A stretch of DNA of 64,000 nt from an uncultured Rikenellaceae bacterium (GTDB taxonomy: Bacteria > Bacteroidota > Bacteroidia > Bacteroidales > Rikenellaceae). Below the pieces are notes generated by a model. That model was not told the DNA's origin. It saw only the letters and a list, made by a program, of their open reading frames with translations, and did no database searches. The stretch covers positions 43,555 through 107,554 of the forward strand of contig CALUND010000018.1 of the NCBI GenBank assembly GCA_944321925.1, written 5' to 3'. This document shows positions 38,701 to 46,430 of this stretch, piece after piece; the stretch's first letter is position 1; every line of letters starts with the position of its first letter. The translations under genes were made by a program, and so were the position numbers.

Positions 38701-39147
38701 CAGATAGGAATCGCTCAAATATTTAACGAACGTATCGGCATCCTCGGCCGTTGCGCTGATCTGAAGCAACGTCATGAGGAAAGCCTTATTCGCATTGTCC
38801 GTACATTTGTCGAGCGCAGCCTTAAGACCTTTCTTCACCTCAACGGCATTGGCTTCCATTCCCTTGGCAGTCACGAAATCGACCATACCGTTCAGCGCAT
38901 ATTCTACCTTGGCATTTTGTCCCTCGGAAGCCGGAACCAGCATGGCAGCCAGCATCTCGACTCCTTCCGACCCGGTAAATGCCAGCTCCTTCATGATTTG
39001 GTTATATTCCCGGGGGGTCTCGGCGGGCAGCTGAGCCAAAGCATCGGCCACTACCGTCTCGGGCGTACGTTGGCGCGAATCCAACTGGGCATTCACCACG
39101 AAAGGTGCGAGTGCCGCAAACGCCAACATCAAAAATAATCTCTTCAT
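35752..39147 (-). CDS. Secreted 1131-aa protein: ~690-aa HEAT/ARM-like repeat region plus two C-terminal DUF1080 (3-keto-disaccharide-hydrolase-like) domains
   Basis: Signal peptide MKRLFLMLAFAALAPFVVNAQ. Long Ala/Leu-rich helical repeats. DUF1080-like domains at about nt 36427-37011 (GFYALFNGKDLADW...GQIELLAGDAPVAFRDAYI) and about nt 35767-36378 (YEVLFDGTSMHKW...GHIGFLGHGAGVRFRNVRI). Confidence 0.85.
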   Translation of the reverse strand: MKRLFLMLAFAALAPFVVNAQLDSRQRTPETVVADALAQLPAETPREYNQIMKELAFTGSEGVEMLAAMLVPASEGQNAKVEYALNGMVDFVTAKGMEANAVEVKKGLKAALDKCTDNANKAFLMTLLQISATAEDADTFVKYLSDSYLADYAIRGLISTPGTEEVILDLVKNDGASRAALAYAVAEKGVDGAESYLLAWLPEADDAQKAQIYYALSKTGTVASLKTLADAAKAVGYAFEATDATGAYVALLNRLVEQGDQKSAVAAAKALLKSDRSNIKSDGLSVLVRAQGKDAMPQVLAALKSPDKAYRYAALLATEPFVDDEVYAAVAKKYKSASDEAKIDIINWLGASHAASQIDLVVSAIGDENVLLADAAIEAAGRIGGETALNALVTALGTDQSDAAKEALLAFNGDPNPGLIAALDGNAQSQVAALDILRVRRVKAASAKVFGLIASDNATVKAAAMKAISGTATPDDFDQLSNMLEQASADAIGDIQAGMKSALLEMTPDQQVSTVMARLSTAPAGKKALYYPVLAQAGNDQAIAEIVKGYEAATGDDKTIALNALLSIDNETMIDILYGIAEKDATNANKILNRFGRLVVDSQTLTGVEKYQQLRKGLELATNDKLKSQFLTQLAKTNTFQAMMVAAPYMDNAATAQAAANTVMTIAQKHPEFYGETVVAMLNKVMSVLNDSDAVYKVTSLKKHLAALPEGKGFYALFNGKDLADWSPVVANPVEKAKMQAKRTTAKQLAQKETEAAEAVGQCWKATANGVEYVGAPAVVKAIGTDKEYGNFELYIDWKTTGEAGIAVRSIPQVKIGGAAGSGALSGNVNGANTPSKVADNKPGEWNSFYMKVVDDRVTVQLNGETVTDNVILENALDNTIPAYVKGQIELLAGDAPVAFRDAYINELPDTPVFVLPEDEAAAGYEVLFDGTSMHKWTGNTTDYVTDNGTIYVTAKYGNGGNLYTKKEYSDFDYKFEFCFVRPGVNNGVGIRTPMGKDAAYYGMEIQILDHDDPVYKNLREYQVHGSVYGIIPAKRIKSPELNTWNTMEIRAVGDHITVTVNGEVIVDGNIREACQGQNVAPEGAKSNDKTVDHKNHPGLFNKSGHIGFLGHGAGVRFRNVRILDLSKDNK

Positions 39148-39177
39148 ATACTTAATTCGCTATAATTTCACAATCAA

Positions 39178-40452
39178 TTAAATTTTCCAAGGTCCGCGCA
39201 TCGGCTGATCGATCAGGCGGTTGGCGGCGTCATCGTCGATGAAAAGTTGCGTAACGGGATCGAACTTCAGGTTCCGGCCCAGACGAAGTGCACAAACGGC
39301 CATATTGACCATCGTACAGCTGCGGTGACCGTTCTCCTCGTTCAAGGCGAATTTCTCACGTGTCTTCACACATTCGATGAAATCGGTCTTCTGAGGCTCC
39401 GGATCGGGAAGTTCCGCGATCTTTTGCATGACGTTGGGTATCGTGCACTCGAAGCCCTGGTAAACGCAACCGTTCGGGCCCTCGATGTAAGGAACTTTGC
39501 CTTTGCTCTCGTAGCCTTCGCCTTCGAGAATCACCTTGCAACCATCGTCGTACGTATAGGTAATCGAACGCCATGTGCCGATTGCATCGGGATGCTGCTG
39601 CGGAGCGTCGATCTCCACGCTGATCGGAGAGGTGTTGTCTTTACCGAGCAGGTACTGTACCGGGTCCATGTAGTGCTGACCCATATCGCCCAGACCGCCG
39701 CCATCGTAATCCCAATAACCACGGAAGGTTTGGTGAACACGGTGTGCATTATACGGCTTGTATTGAGCCGGACCGAGCCACATATCGTAGTCGAGTTCGG
39801 CCGGAACGGGCTGCGGAACGAGGTTTTCCTGTCCTACCCAGAAGAATTTCCAAGCGAATCCCGTCGCACCCGAAATACGTACGGTGAGAGGCCATCCGAG
39901 CAGCCCGCTGTCGACCAGCTTCTTCAGCGGTTCTACCGTAGTTCCCAAACCATAGAACGTATCCTTGAAACGGAACCAGGTATTCAGACGGAAAATGCGG
40001 CCGTTTTGTTTCACAGCCTCGATCACGCGTTTACCCTCTCCGATGGTACGGGTCATCGGTTTCTCGCACCAGATATCCTTGCCTGCCTTTGCAGCCTCCA
40101 CGGACATGATACCGTGCCAGTGGGGAGGCGTAGCAATGTGGACGATATCCACATTGGGATCATTGATCAGGTCCCGATAATTATGATAGGTCTGCACCTC
40201 TCCGTGGCCCTGATCCTTCGCACGCTTCTTGGCATTTGCGAGGTGTTTGCTGTCCACATCGCAAATGGCAACAAGACGGGAGCCCTCATACCTGAAGTGG
40301 CTTACACCCATACCACCTACACCAATGATACCTTTGGTGAGCTGGTCGCTCGGAGCGATGTACTTCGGGCCTCCGAGTACGTTACGCGGCACAACCGTCA
40401 ACAACGCTGCACCACCCAACGCTTTCAAAAAATCTCTTCTGTTGATTCCCAT
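39178..40452 (-). CDS. Gfo/Idh/MocA-family oxidoreductase with twin-arginine (Tat) signal peptide
   Basis: 424 aa. Tat motif MGINRRDFLKALGGAALL. Rossmann motif GIIGVGGMG. Gfo/Idh/MocA-like WCEKPM. Confidence 0.9.
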   Translation of the reverse strand: MGINRRDFLKALGGAALLTVVPRNVLGGPKYIAPSDQLTKGIIGVGGMGVSHFRYEGSRLVAICDVDSKHLANAKKRAKDQGHGEVQTYHNYRDLINDPNVDIVHIATPPHWHGIMSVEAAKAGKDIWCEKPMTRTIGEGKRVIEAVKQNGRIFRLNTWFRFKDTFYGLGTTVEPLKKLVDSGLLGWPLTVRISGATGFAWKFFWVGQENLVPQPVPAELDYDMWLGPAQYKPYNAHRVHQTFRGYWDYDGGGLGDMGQHYMDPVQYLLGKDNTSPISVEIDAPQQHPDAIGTWRSITYTYDDGCKVILEGEGYESKGKVPYIEGPNGCVYQGFECTIPNVMQKIAELPDPEPQKTDFIECVKTREKFALNEENGHRSCTMVNMAVCALRLGRNLKFDPVTQLFIDDDAANRLIDQPMRGPWKI

Positions 40453-40522
40453 AAAGATAGTTTATTTATAATTAGTTGAAAGAAAACAATCGCCGCTCTG
40501 CGCCCCACATTTCGGGGCAGAT

Positions 40523-40538
40523 ATCTTTACAAAGATAG
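40523..40538 (-). promoter_or_regulatory. Inverted repeat TATCTTT-AC-AAAGATA containing a minus-strand -7 box (TATCTTTG)
   Basis: The plus strand reads TATCTTTACAAAGATA. The minus strand gives TATCTTTG (40531-40538), 79 nt upstream of the oxidoreductase ATG at 40452. Confidence 0.4.
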
Positions 40539-40677
40539 ATATTTTTTTTCAATCGTCAGGACGATTCGCCCAAAAAAGTGAGGCCAAAAACTCATTTCGC
40601 CCATTTCTGAGCCAAGTTATACGACGTCCTCCGACCGAAAGATCCACTCTCGAACGACCTTCGTCCGATCGAAAAAA

Positions 40678-41178
40678 CTATCGGATCCGATCGAGCGATC
40701 TTACCAAAGCCTCATCGCGTATAATCCGGCGCAAGGCCATCCAATTCAATATGAGCGCTATCAGAGGGAAGACTCCGACCATCGTCAATCGCCAGGTCAC
40801 CGCCCCGCTGGAGACGAACACCTCGCGCGTAGACCAAATGGCATACACGAGAAAAAGAATCGCTCCCACAAGCAACACGAATTCGGCAAACGCCAAACGG
40901 ATCTGAACCCGACGTTTCTTAAACAGAAAAATCGTTATGAAAGGGAGCAGGGCCGAAGCCGCACAGAGTACGCCCACACAAACCGACAATCGGGAAACGG
41001 ACACGGAATTGGCTACGGCATCCCCCGCCTCAACCATCGCTCCTTCTGCTCGCAAACCATAGGACAACAGCTGATAAACTTCGCCGCCCGTGCTGAACTC
41101 CACAAGAGGGAAAAGGGTCGTTGCGGCCATCACAGCGGCCACAAGTAACAGATAGATGCTTTGAATACGTTGTATCAT
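40678..41178 (-). CDS. Small 4-TM membrane protein (DUF4293-like)
   Basis: 166 aa with four predicted TM helices. Starts 3 nt after the GT2 stop. Confidence 0.75.
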   Translation of the reverse strand: MIQRIQSIYLLLVAAVMAATTLFPLVEFSTGGEVYQLLSYGLRAEGAMVEAGDAVANSVSVSRLSVCVGVLCAASALLPFITIFLFKKRRVQIRLAFAEFVLLVGAILFLVYAIWSTREVFVSSGAVTWRLTMVGVFPLIALILNWMALRRIIRDEALVRSLDRIR

Positions 41179-41181
41179 TTT

Positions 41182-42144
41182 CTATATCTCGTTATCTTTC
41201 ACATACTTGTTGCGATCCGGCGAATTTCTGTTGATCATCTCGCCGAGGAATCCGGCCAGGAACAACACCACTCCGAGCATTACGGCAAGCATGGCAATGT
41301 AGAACAACGGCTGGTCGGTCACGCCTCGCAAGGGCAAACCTTGAGACTGCTTCCAGAGCTTCTCGACGATCAGCCAAACGGTCGTACCGCCGCCCAGCAA
41401 AAACATGAGCGTACCGAGTGATCCGAAAAAATACATCGGGCTACGTCCGAATCGGGTGATAAAGAGCACCGTAATCAGATCGAGATAGCCCTTCACCGTC
41501 CGTTCGATACCGAATTTCGAAACCCCGTATTTTCGGGCGTGATGTTCCACTACCTTCTCTCCGATTCGACGGAATCCCGCCTTTCGAGCCATTACCGGGA
41601 TGTATCGGTGCATCTCCCCGTAAACTTCGATGGTCTTGACCACCTTAAGCCGGTAGGCCTTCAAACCGCAATTGAAATCGTGCAGACGGATTCCTGAAAC
41701 GGCCCGCACCGTGGCGTTGAAAAATTTGCTGGGCAAACGTTTCCCCAGCGGATCGTGCCGCTCTTTTTTCCAGCCCGAAACCAGATCGTAGCCCTCCTCC
41801 ATGATCATCCGATAGAGAGCCGGTATCTCGTCGGGAGAGTCCTGCAGATCGGCGTCCATGGTGATCACCACATCGCCCTGTGCTGCGGCAAATCCGCAAT
41901 AGAGCGCCGCCGACTTGCCATAGTTACGGCTGAACGACTGGGCATGCACCGTGTCGTATTGGGAGGCCAACTCAAGAATGACCTCCCACGATCGATCGGT
42001 ACTGCCGTCGTTGATAAACCACACCTCATAGCGGAACCCGTGTTCCCGCATCACGCGGTCGATCCACGCCATCAGTTCCCGGAGCGACTCCTCCTCGTTG
42101 TAGAGGGGAACGACCACCGATATGTCCAACTTTTCGCTATTCAT
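41182..42144 (-). CDS. GT2-family polyprenyl-phosphate glycosyltransferase (GtrB/ArnC/DPM1-like)
   Basis: 320 aa. Motifs ISVVVPLYNEEESL and DADLQDSP (DxD). Two C-terminal TM helices, typical of GtrB/ArnC-type enzymes. Confidence 0.88.
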   Translation of the reverse strand: MNSEKLDISVVVPLYNEEESLRELMAWIDRVMREHGFRYEVWFINDGSTDRSWEVILELASQYDTVHAQSFSRNYGKSAALYCGFAAAQGDVVITMDADLQDSPDEIPALYRMIMEEGYDLVSGWKKERHDPLGKRLPSKFFNATVRAVSGIRLHDFNCGLKAYRLKVVKTIEVYGEMHRYIPVMARKAGFRRIGEKVVEHHARKYGVSKFGIERTVKGYLDLITVLFITRFGRSPMYFFGSLGTLMFLLGGGTTVWLIVEKLWKQSQGLPLRGVTDQPLFYIAMLAVMLGVVLFLAGFLGEMINRNSPDRNKYVKDNEI

Positions 42145-42691
42145 CGCCGTGTATCTCTGTGCGGGGCGCCTCCGGCAAGCGTTTCAGGAAGGCTCCGAAG
42201 ATCAACCCCAGGAAACCGCCCTTGACCGCCAGATCGAAAACTCCGCTGAAAATCATAACGAACGGATTGTGTGTGAAAGAAATCATCAAAGACTTCATCT
42301 TGTCGAGTCCGGTCTGGTTCACGATATCGTTGCCCTCCGCTACAGCTCGATCGAACATATCGCCGATCAGGTCCGCATAGTATTCCGGCGCGATATAAGT
42401 GTAGATCACGAACTGACCCACGCCCGACACGATGCCGGCAAACAACATCAAGGCGAAAACGAATCCTACGGCCTCCCCGTAACTGTAACCGGCATCACCG
42501 GTCAGAGAGGCATTCTTCCTGCCGGTAATCCAAATAGCGGCCATCAATATGAGCGCCAAGAGACCTTCGGCCAGCCATCCGTTGGCAGGTTCCCACCGTA
42601 ATCCCCAAACAACAAGAGCCCACAGGAAAACCGCCAACCCGAGCAAAAAGCCCCAGTTGGCCGCATTTCTCCAAAATAACGATCTATTCAT
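42137..42691 (-). CDS. Small 4-TM membrane protein (DUF4199-like)
   Basis: 184 aa with about four TM helices. Its 3' end overlaps the GT2 start by 8 nt. Confidence 0.75.
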   Translation of the reverse strand: MNRSLFWRNAANWGFLLGLAVFLWALVVWGLRWEPANGWLAEGLLALILMAAIWITGRKNASLTGDAGYSYGEAVGFVFALMLFAGIVSGVGQFVIYTYIAPEYYADLIGDMFDRAVAEGNDIVNQTGLDKMKSLMISFTHNPFVMIFSGVFDLAVKGGFLGLIFGAFLKRLPEAPRTEIHGDE

Positions 42692-42706
42692 CGACGTATT
42701 TGTTAA

Positions 42707-43309
42707 TCAATTCAATTCTCCTTTCCCTTCACGCACAATCACCGGATCATCGCCTGTCAAATCGACTACCGTCGTAGGGCGATTATCGCCGATGCCGCCA
42801 TCGATCACCAGATCGACCTGCCGGCCGTAACGCTCCTCGATCAATCCCGGATCGGTCGTGTACTCCACCACTTCGTCGTCGTCCTTGACCGAGGTGGTCA
42901 ACAACGGACAATCGAGTTCACTCACCAACGCCCGGGCGATCCCATTGGCCGGGATGCGTATACCGACATTCTTCCGCCGTTCGAGCACCCGCCCGGGAAC
43001 CTTCGACGAGGCCGGTAAAATAAACGTAAAAGCACCCGGCAAATTGCGCTTGAGCAGGCGGAATGCAGCGTTATCGACCCGGGCATACTCCGCCACCCGA
43101 CCGATTGAATCGCATACGATCGCCAACTCCGTCTCGCGCTTCCCCTTGATTGCCTGCAGACGCTCCACCCCTTTTGCGCTGGAGAGCAAACAGGCGAAAC
43201 CGTAGACGCTGTCCGTCGGATAGACGACCACGCCGCCGCCCGCCAGTACAGCAGCCACGCGCGCAATTTCACGCGGACTGGGATTCTCCGGATGGATTTT
43301 TACCTGCAT
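42707..43309 (-). CDS. tsaC: L-threonylcarbamoyladenylate synthase (TsaC/YrdC family)
   Basis: ORF 42707..43561. Preferred start is 43309 (MQVKIHPENPSPREIARVAAVLAGGGVVVYPTDSVYGFAC). YrdC-domain motifs PTDSVYG and PGAFTFIL. Confidence 0.9.
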   Translation of the reverse strand: MQVKIHPENPSPREIARVAAVLAGGGVVVYPTDSVYGFACLLSSAKGVERLQAIKGKRETELAIVCDSIGRVAEYARVDNAAFRLLKRNLPGAFTFILPASSKVPGRVLERRKNVGIRIPANGIARALVSELDCPLLTTSVKDDDEVVEYTTDPGLIEERYGRQVDLVIDGGIGDNRPTTVVDLTGDDPVIVREGKGELN

Positions 43310-44589
43310 AAAAATTCGATTTGCCGACGAATCGTCTGTTCGCACACCGGGCAGAACCGATCCGTCGTATGCAGGTTGTTCATCAAACAGTTGGGCAGAG
43401 GCCTGTAGACCCCTTTGCTCACATAGCCACCGCCTTCGTAGACCCCCAGCAGGTCGGCTTGCGCCGGATCGAGCGGAGTCGGTACGGGGGTCTTCGGGTC
43501 GAGCATCCTGCTCCACTCCTTCGATTTGAAATCGGTCAGGGTGGTCAGATTGGCCTCCCACGGCTCCACCCCCTGCGGATAGAGATCGTTATAGGCCACA
43601 CCCCCGACATATTCGTCTCCCAGACCGGCGAAGAGATGACCGAACTCATGCACATAGACCGCTCCGGTGCTGCTCGGATGGTTGGCCGAACTGATGCCGT
43701 AGAAATTATAGATACCGCCGCCGCCATATTTCTGCGTATTGGAGAGCACGTAGACATATTCATAGGGCACATGCGCGGCAATCTCCGCAAGGCGCTGCTG
43801 ATCCTCGATCATCTGGTAACGCTCGACTCCGAAGGTGTAGAACGAAGCCCCGGTCACCGTACGCCGCCAGATCCCTTCGCCGGGGAGCGTCACACCGCTC
43901 TCTTCCGAGGGAGCCCACACGGCACGCACATTGAATTTCGACCGATTCTCCCGGTAGGGAGTGTACGAAAAGAGTGATTTCACGAAATTGTCGCAAGCCT
44001 TTTTGAAGGCCTCCTTCTCCTCGGCCGAATAGCCCTCCGGAATCAGCACCACGTCGATCTTGTGGGCCGGCTCGCCGTTGTAGAACACCTCGAAGGTCTC
44101 GTATCGGGGCGAAAAGCGACGGATATAGGGCGAAGCGGGATCGATCAGCTGTTCGTACCGTTTCGACCAACGATTCTTCTTGTCGCGTGCAAAGATCTGC
44201 AGCAGCACCTTCTCCTTCGGCCAGGGGAAACGGACCGATTCCGGCATCGCTTTTTTCATCGTGCGAGCCTCATCCACCGTCTGCCACTCGTTGAACAGGG
44301 TATTGTATCCTCGTTTGTAGAGTATCGTTCCGCTCTCCGGATCGACGATACGGAACTGTTGTCCCCCGAAATCCGTACTGTCGACCAGCGAGTTCTCCGA
44401 TCCGGCCCAATAGGGCTCCTCGACCAGTTCGTCGAACCAGTAACACTCGCTCGCCGCATCGCCGGCATGGTAGAAATCGAGGCGAAGGGTCCGTTGTTCA
44501 TGCCATGAGCTCTCCTGAGCGGAAGCCGACAGCGTGATTGCGCAGAGCGCAAAAAAACATATCCCGATTGAAAAACAGTTTTTCTTCAT
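43300..44589 (-). CDS. M64-family (IgA-peptidase-like) zinc metallopeptidase, secreted
   Basis: ORF 43300..44937. Preferred start is 44589 (MKKNCFSIGICFFALCAITLSASAQ). Zinc motif VHEFGHLFAGLGDEY. Overlaps the tsaC start by 10 nt. Confidence 0.85.
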   Translation of the reverse strand: MKKNCFSIGICFFALCAITLSASAQESSWHEQRTLRLDFYHAGDAASECYWFDELVEEPYWAGSENSLVDSTDFGGQQFRIVDPESGTILYKRGYNTLFNEWQTVDEARTMKKAMPESVRFPWPKEKVLLQIFARDKKNRWSKRYEQLIDPASPYIRRFSPRYETFEVFYNGEPAHKIDVVLIPEGYSAEEKEAFKKACDNFVKSLFSYTPYRENRSKFNVRAVWAPSEESGVTLPGEGIWRRTVTGASFYTFGVERYQMIEDQQRLAEIAAHVPYEYVYVLSNTQKYGGGGIYNFYGISSANHPSSTGAVYVHEFGHLFAGLGDEYVGGVAYNDLYPQGVEPWEANLTTLTDFKSKEWSRMLDPKTPVPTPLDPAQADLLGVYEGGGYVSKGVYRPLPNCLMNNLHTTDRFCPVCEQTIRRQIEFLCR

Positions 44590-44594
44590 CTTAT

Positions 44595-45227
44595 TTATCG
44601 CAATTTGGTTCCTATCAAAGTCATGAACTCCTCCCGCGTGCGGTGTTGGGAGAGAAAGACGCCGGTGAAGGCCGAAGTGGTCGTAGCCGAATTCTGTTTC
44701 TGCACCCCACGCATCTGCATGCAGGTGTGGTTGGCCTCGATAACGACTGCCACACCCATCGGTTGCAGAACCTCCTGAATGCAATCGCGGATCTGCACGG
44801 TAAGACGCTCCTGCACCTGCAGCCGCCGGGCGAAACACTCCACCACCCGGGCGATCTTCGAGAGGCCGGTAATGTAGCCGTTCGGAATGTAGGCCACATG
44901 CGCTTTGCCGTAAAAAGGCATCATGTGGTGTTCGCACATCGAGTAGAGTTCGATATCCTTCACGAGCACCATCTGCCGATAGTCCTCCTTGAATTTGGCC
45001 GACAACAGAATCTCACGCGGATCCTCCGTATACCCTTTCGTCAAAAAGGTCATCGCTTTCGCGACCCGTTCCGGCGTTTTGAGCAGTCCTTCCCGCTCCG
45101 GGTCCTCGCCGAGCAGAGTAAGGATCGCGCGATAGTGCGTTTTCAATTGTTCTATGGTATCGGGATCGTACAACTCCTCCCTGCGGTACAGCTCTTTCAT
45201 GCCTGCATTTCTCGTATTGAATGACAC
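44595..45227 (-). CDS. folE: GTP cyclohydrolase I
   Basis: 210 aa, with a possible alternative start at the second Met (MKELYRRE). Motifs [23 protein letters not shown] and HTCMQMRGV. Confidence 0.94.
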   Translation of the reverse strand: MSFNTRNAGMKELYRREELYDPDTIEQLKTHYRAILTLLGEDPEREGLLKTPERVAKAMTFLTKGYTEDPREILLSAKFKEDYRQMVLVKDIELYSMCEHHMMPFYGKAHVAYIPNGYITGLSKIARVVECFARRLQVQERLTVQIRDCIQEVLQPMGVAVVIEANHTCMQMRGVQKQNSATTTSAFTGVFLSQHRTREEFMTLIGTKLR

Positions 45228-45284
45228 AAATGTAGGGAAAATAAATGGAATCGCCGCACTCCCTGCAGAGGAATGTTCCCCGAC

Positions 45285-46430
45285 TCAAACGATGCGGCGC
45301 GCATGCGATTGTGGCGTGAGCTCCATCTTCGCGTAATCCACCCCCTCGAGTAAGACGAGCCCCGGTCGCATGCCCGGTTCGATACGCCCGCAGCGGTCGT
45401 CGATCCCCAACGCCTCGGCTCCCCCCTGCGTAGCCCAGCGAAGCCGCTCCTCCAACGGAATTTCCGGCAAAAGAGAGAGCTCGGCGACCATCGAGAGCGT
45501 TCGGTTCGAAGCGAGAGAGTCGGTGCCGAGCGCGATCCGTGCACCCCGGTCCCGCAACAATTTCCAAGGCGGCCGCTCCCCCGAAATATAACGGTTCGAG
45601 CCGGGACAAAAGACCCACGACACCGCCGACTCGAAATGGGCGCGAATCCGATCGAACGAGGTCGAGTCCAACCGACAGTCATGAACCAACAGGAGGCGCC
45701 GGTCGTGCGGAAGCTCCCGAAGAAGCCGTTCGGTGGGAGAGCCCCCATCGAGAAAATCGGGATCGAGCCCCTGTTCGACATACCACTTCCACAAGGCCCC
45801 TGTCCGATGGAACAACTCCTGTTCCTGTTCGCTTTCGAGAAAATGGAGGGAGAGCGGCTCGTTATCCGCCTTCTCCACGATCGAAGCGAAAGCCTCCCGT
45901 CCGACCGCATAGAGCGAATGGGGCGTAACCGTTGCCCGAAGGCCCATGGAACGGGCCTGTTCGGCCAATCGGTCCGCCGCGACCGAATCGGTTTTCCCAA
46001 CTCCGAACAACTCGATAAAGCTATGGTAACAGATTTTGCTGGCGGCCTTGATCGGGAAAGTGATCGGACCGTTGCATACATCCCCGACCACCTGCACCCC
46101 CTCCTGCCACATCCGGCTATCGGCTAAGGCCGCAGCGCGACGGAGCTCCTCCTCCGTACAGCGGACTCGCAAACGACGCATGCCCCGGGCGAATCCGGCA
46201 AACCCGCACCCTTCCGGGATCATCCCCTGCATCGCCGAAAGCTCCAGATGGCAATGGGCATTGACGAATCCCGGCAGCAGGATTCCGGAATAGAACTCCA
46301 CCCCCGCCAAACGATCGATCTCCCTACACGTTTCGACGGAGAGAATCTCCCCGTCGTCGGCGATCGTCACGACCCTATCGGAGCGCAGTCCGTCCGGAGT
46401 CAGCAGGTAGTGGGAGGCTATCTTGCGCAT
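45285..46430 (-). CDS. Amidohydrolase-superfamily protein (chlorohydrolase / nucleobase-deaminase-like)
   Basis: 381 aa. Metal-binding motif LLPGFVNAHCHLELS, later LHFLES and GTDSLASN. The substrate cannot be inferred from the sequence. Confidence 0.8.
   Translation of the reverse strand: MRKIASHYLLTPDGLRSDRVVTIADDGEILSVETCREIDRLAGVEFYSGILLPGFVNAHCHLELSAMQGMIPEGCGFAGFARGMRRLRVRCTEEELRRAAALADSRMWQEGVQVVGDVCNGPITFPIKAASKICYHSFIELFGVGKTDSVAADRLAEQARSMGLRATVTPHSLYAVGREAFASIVEKADNEPLSLHFLESEQEQELFHRTGALWKWYVEQGLDPDFLDGGSPTERLLRELPHDRRLLLVHDCRLDSTSFDRIRAHFESAVSWVFCPGSNRYISGERPPWKLLRDRGARIALGTDSLASNRTLSMVAELSLLPEIPLEERLRWATQGGAEALGIDDRCGRIEPGMRPGLVLLEGVDYAKMELTPQSHARRIV

Noticed and set aside
35734-39138. 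1134-aa plus-strand ORF almost perfectly mirroring the 1131-aa HEAT/DUF1080 gene.
   Set aside because: The same codon-aligned antisense artefact applies (35734 and 35752 are congruent mod 3). The product is repetitive and Arg/Ser/Gly/His-rich with no motifs, while the minus-strand product has a signal peptide and two DUF1080 domains. It does show that the sense gene contains essentially no TTA, CTA or TCA codons over 3.4 kb.
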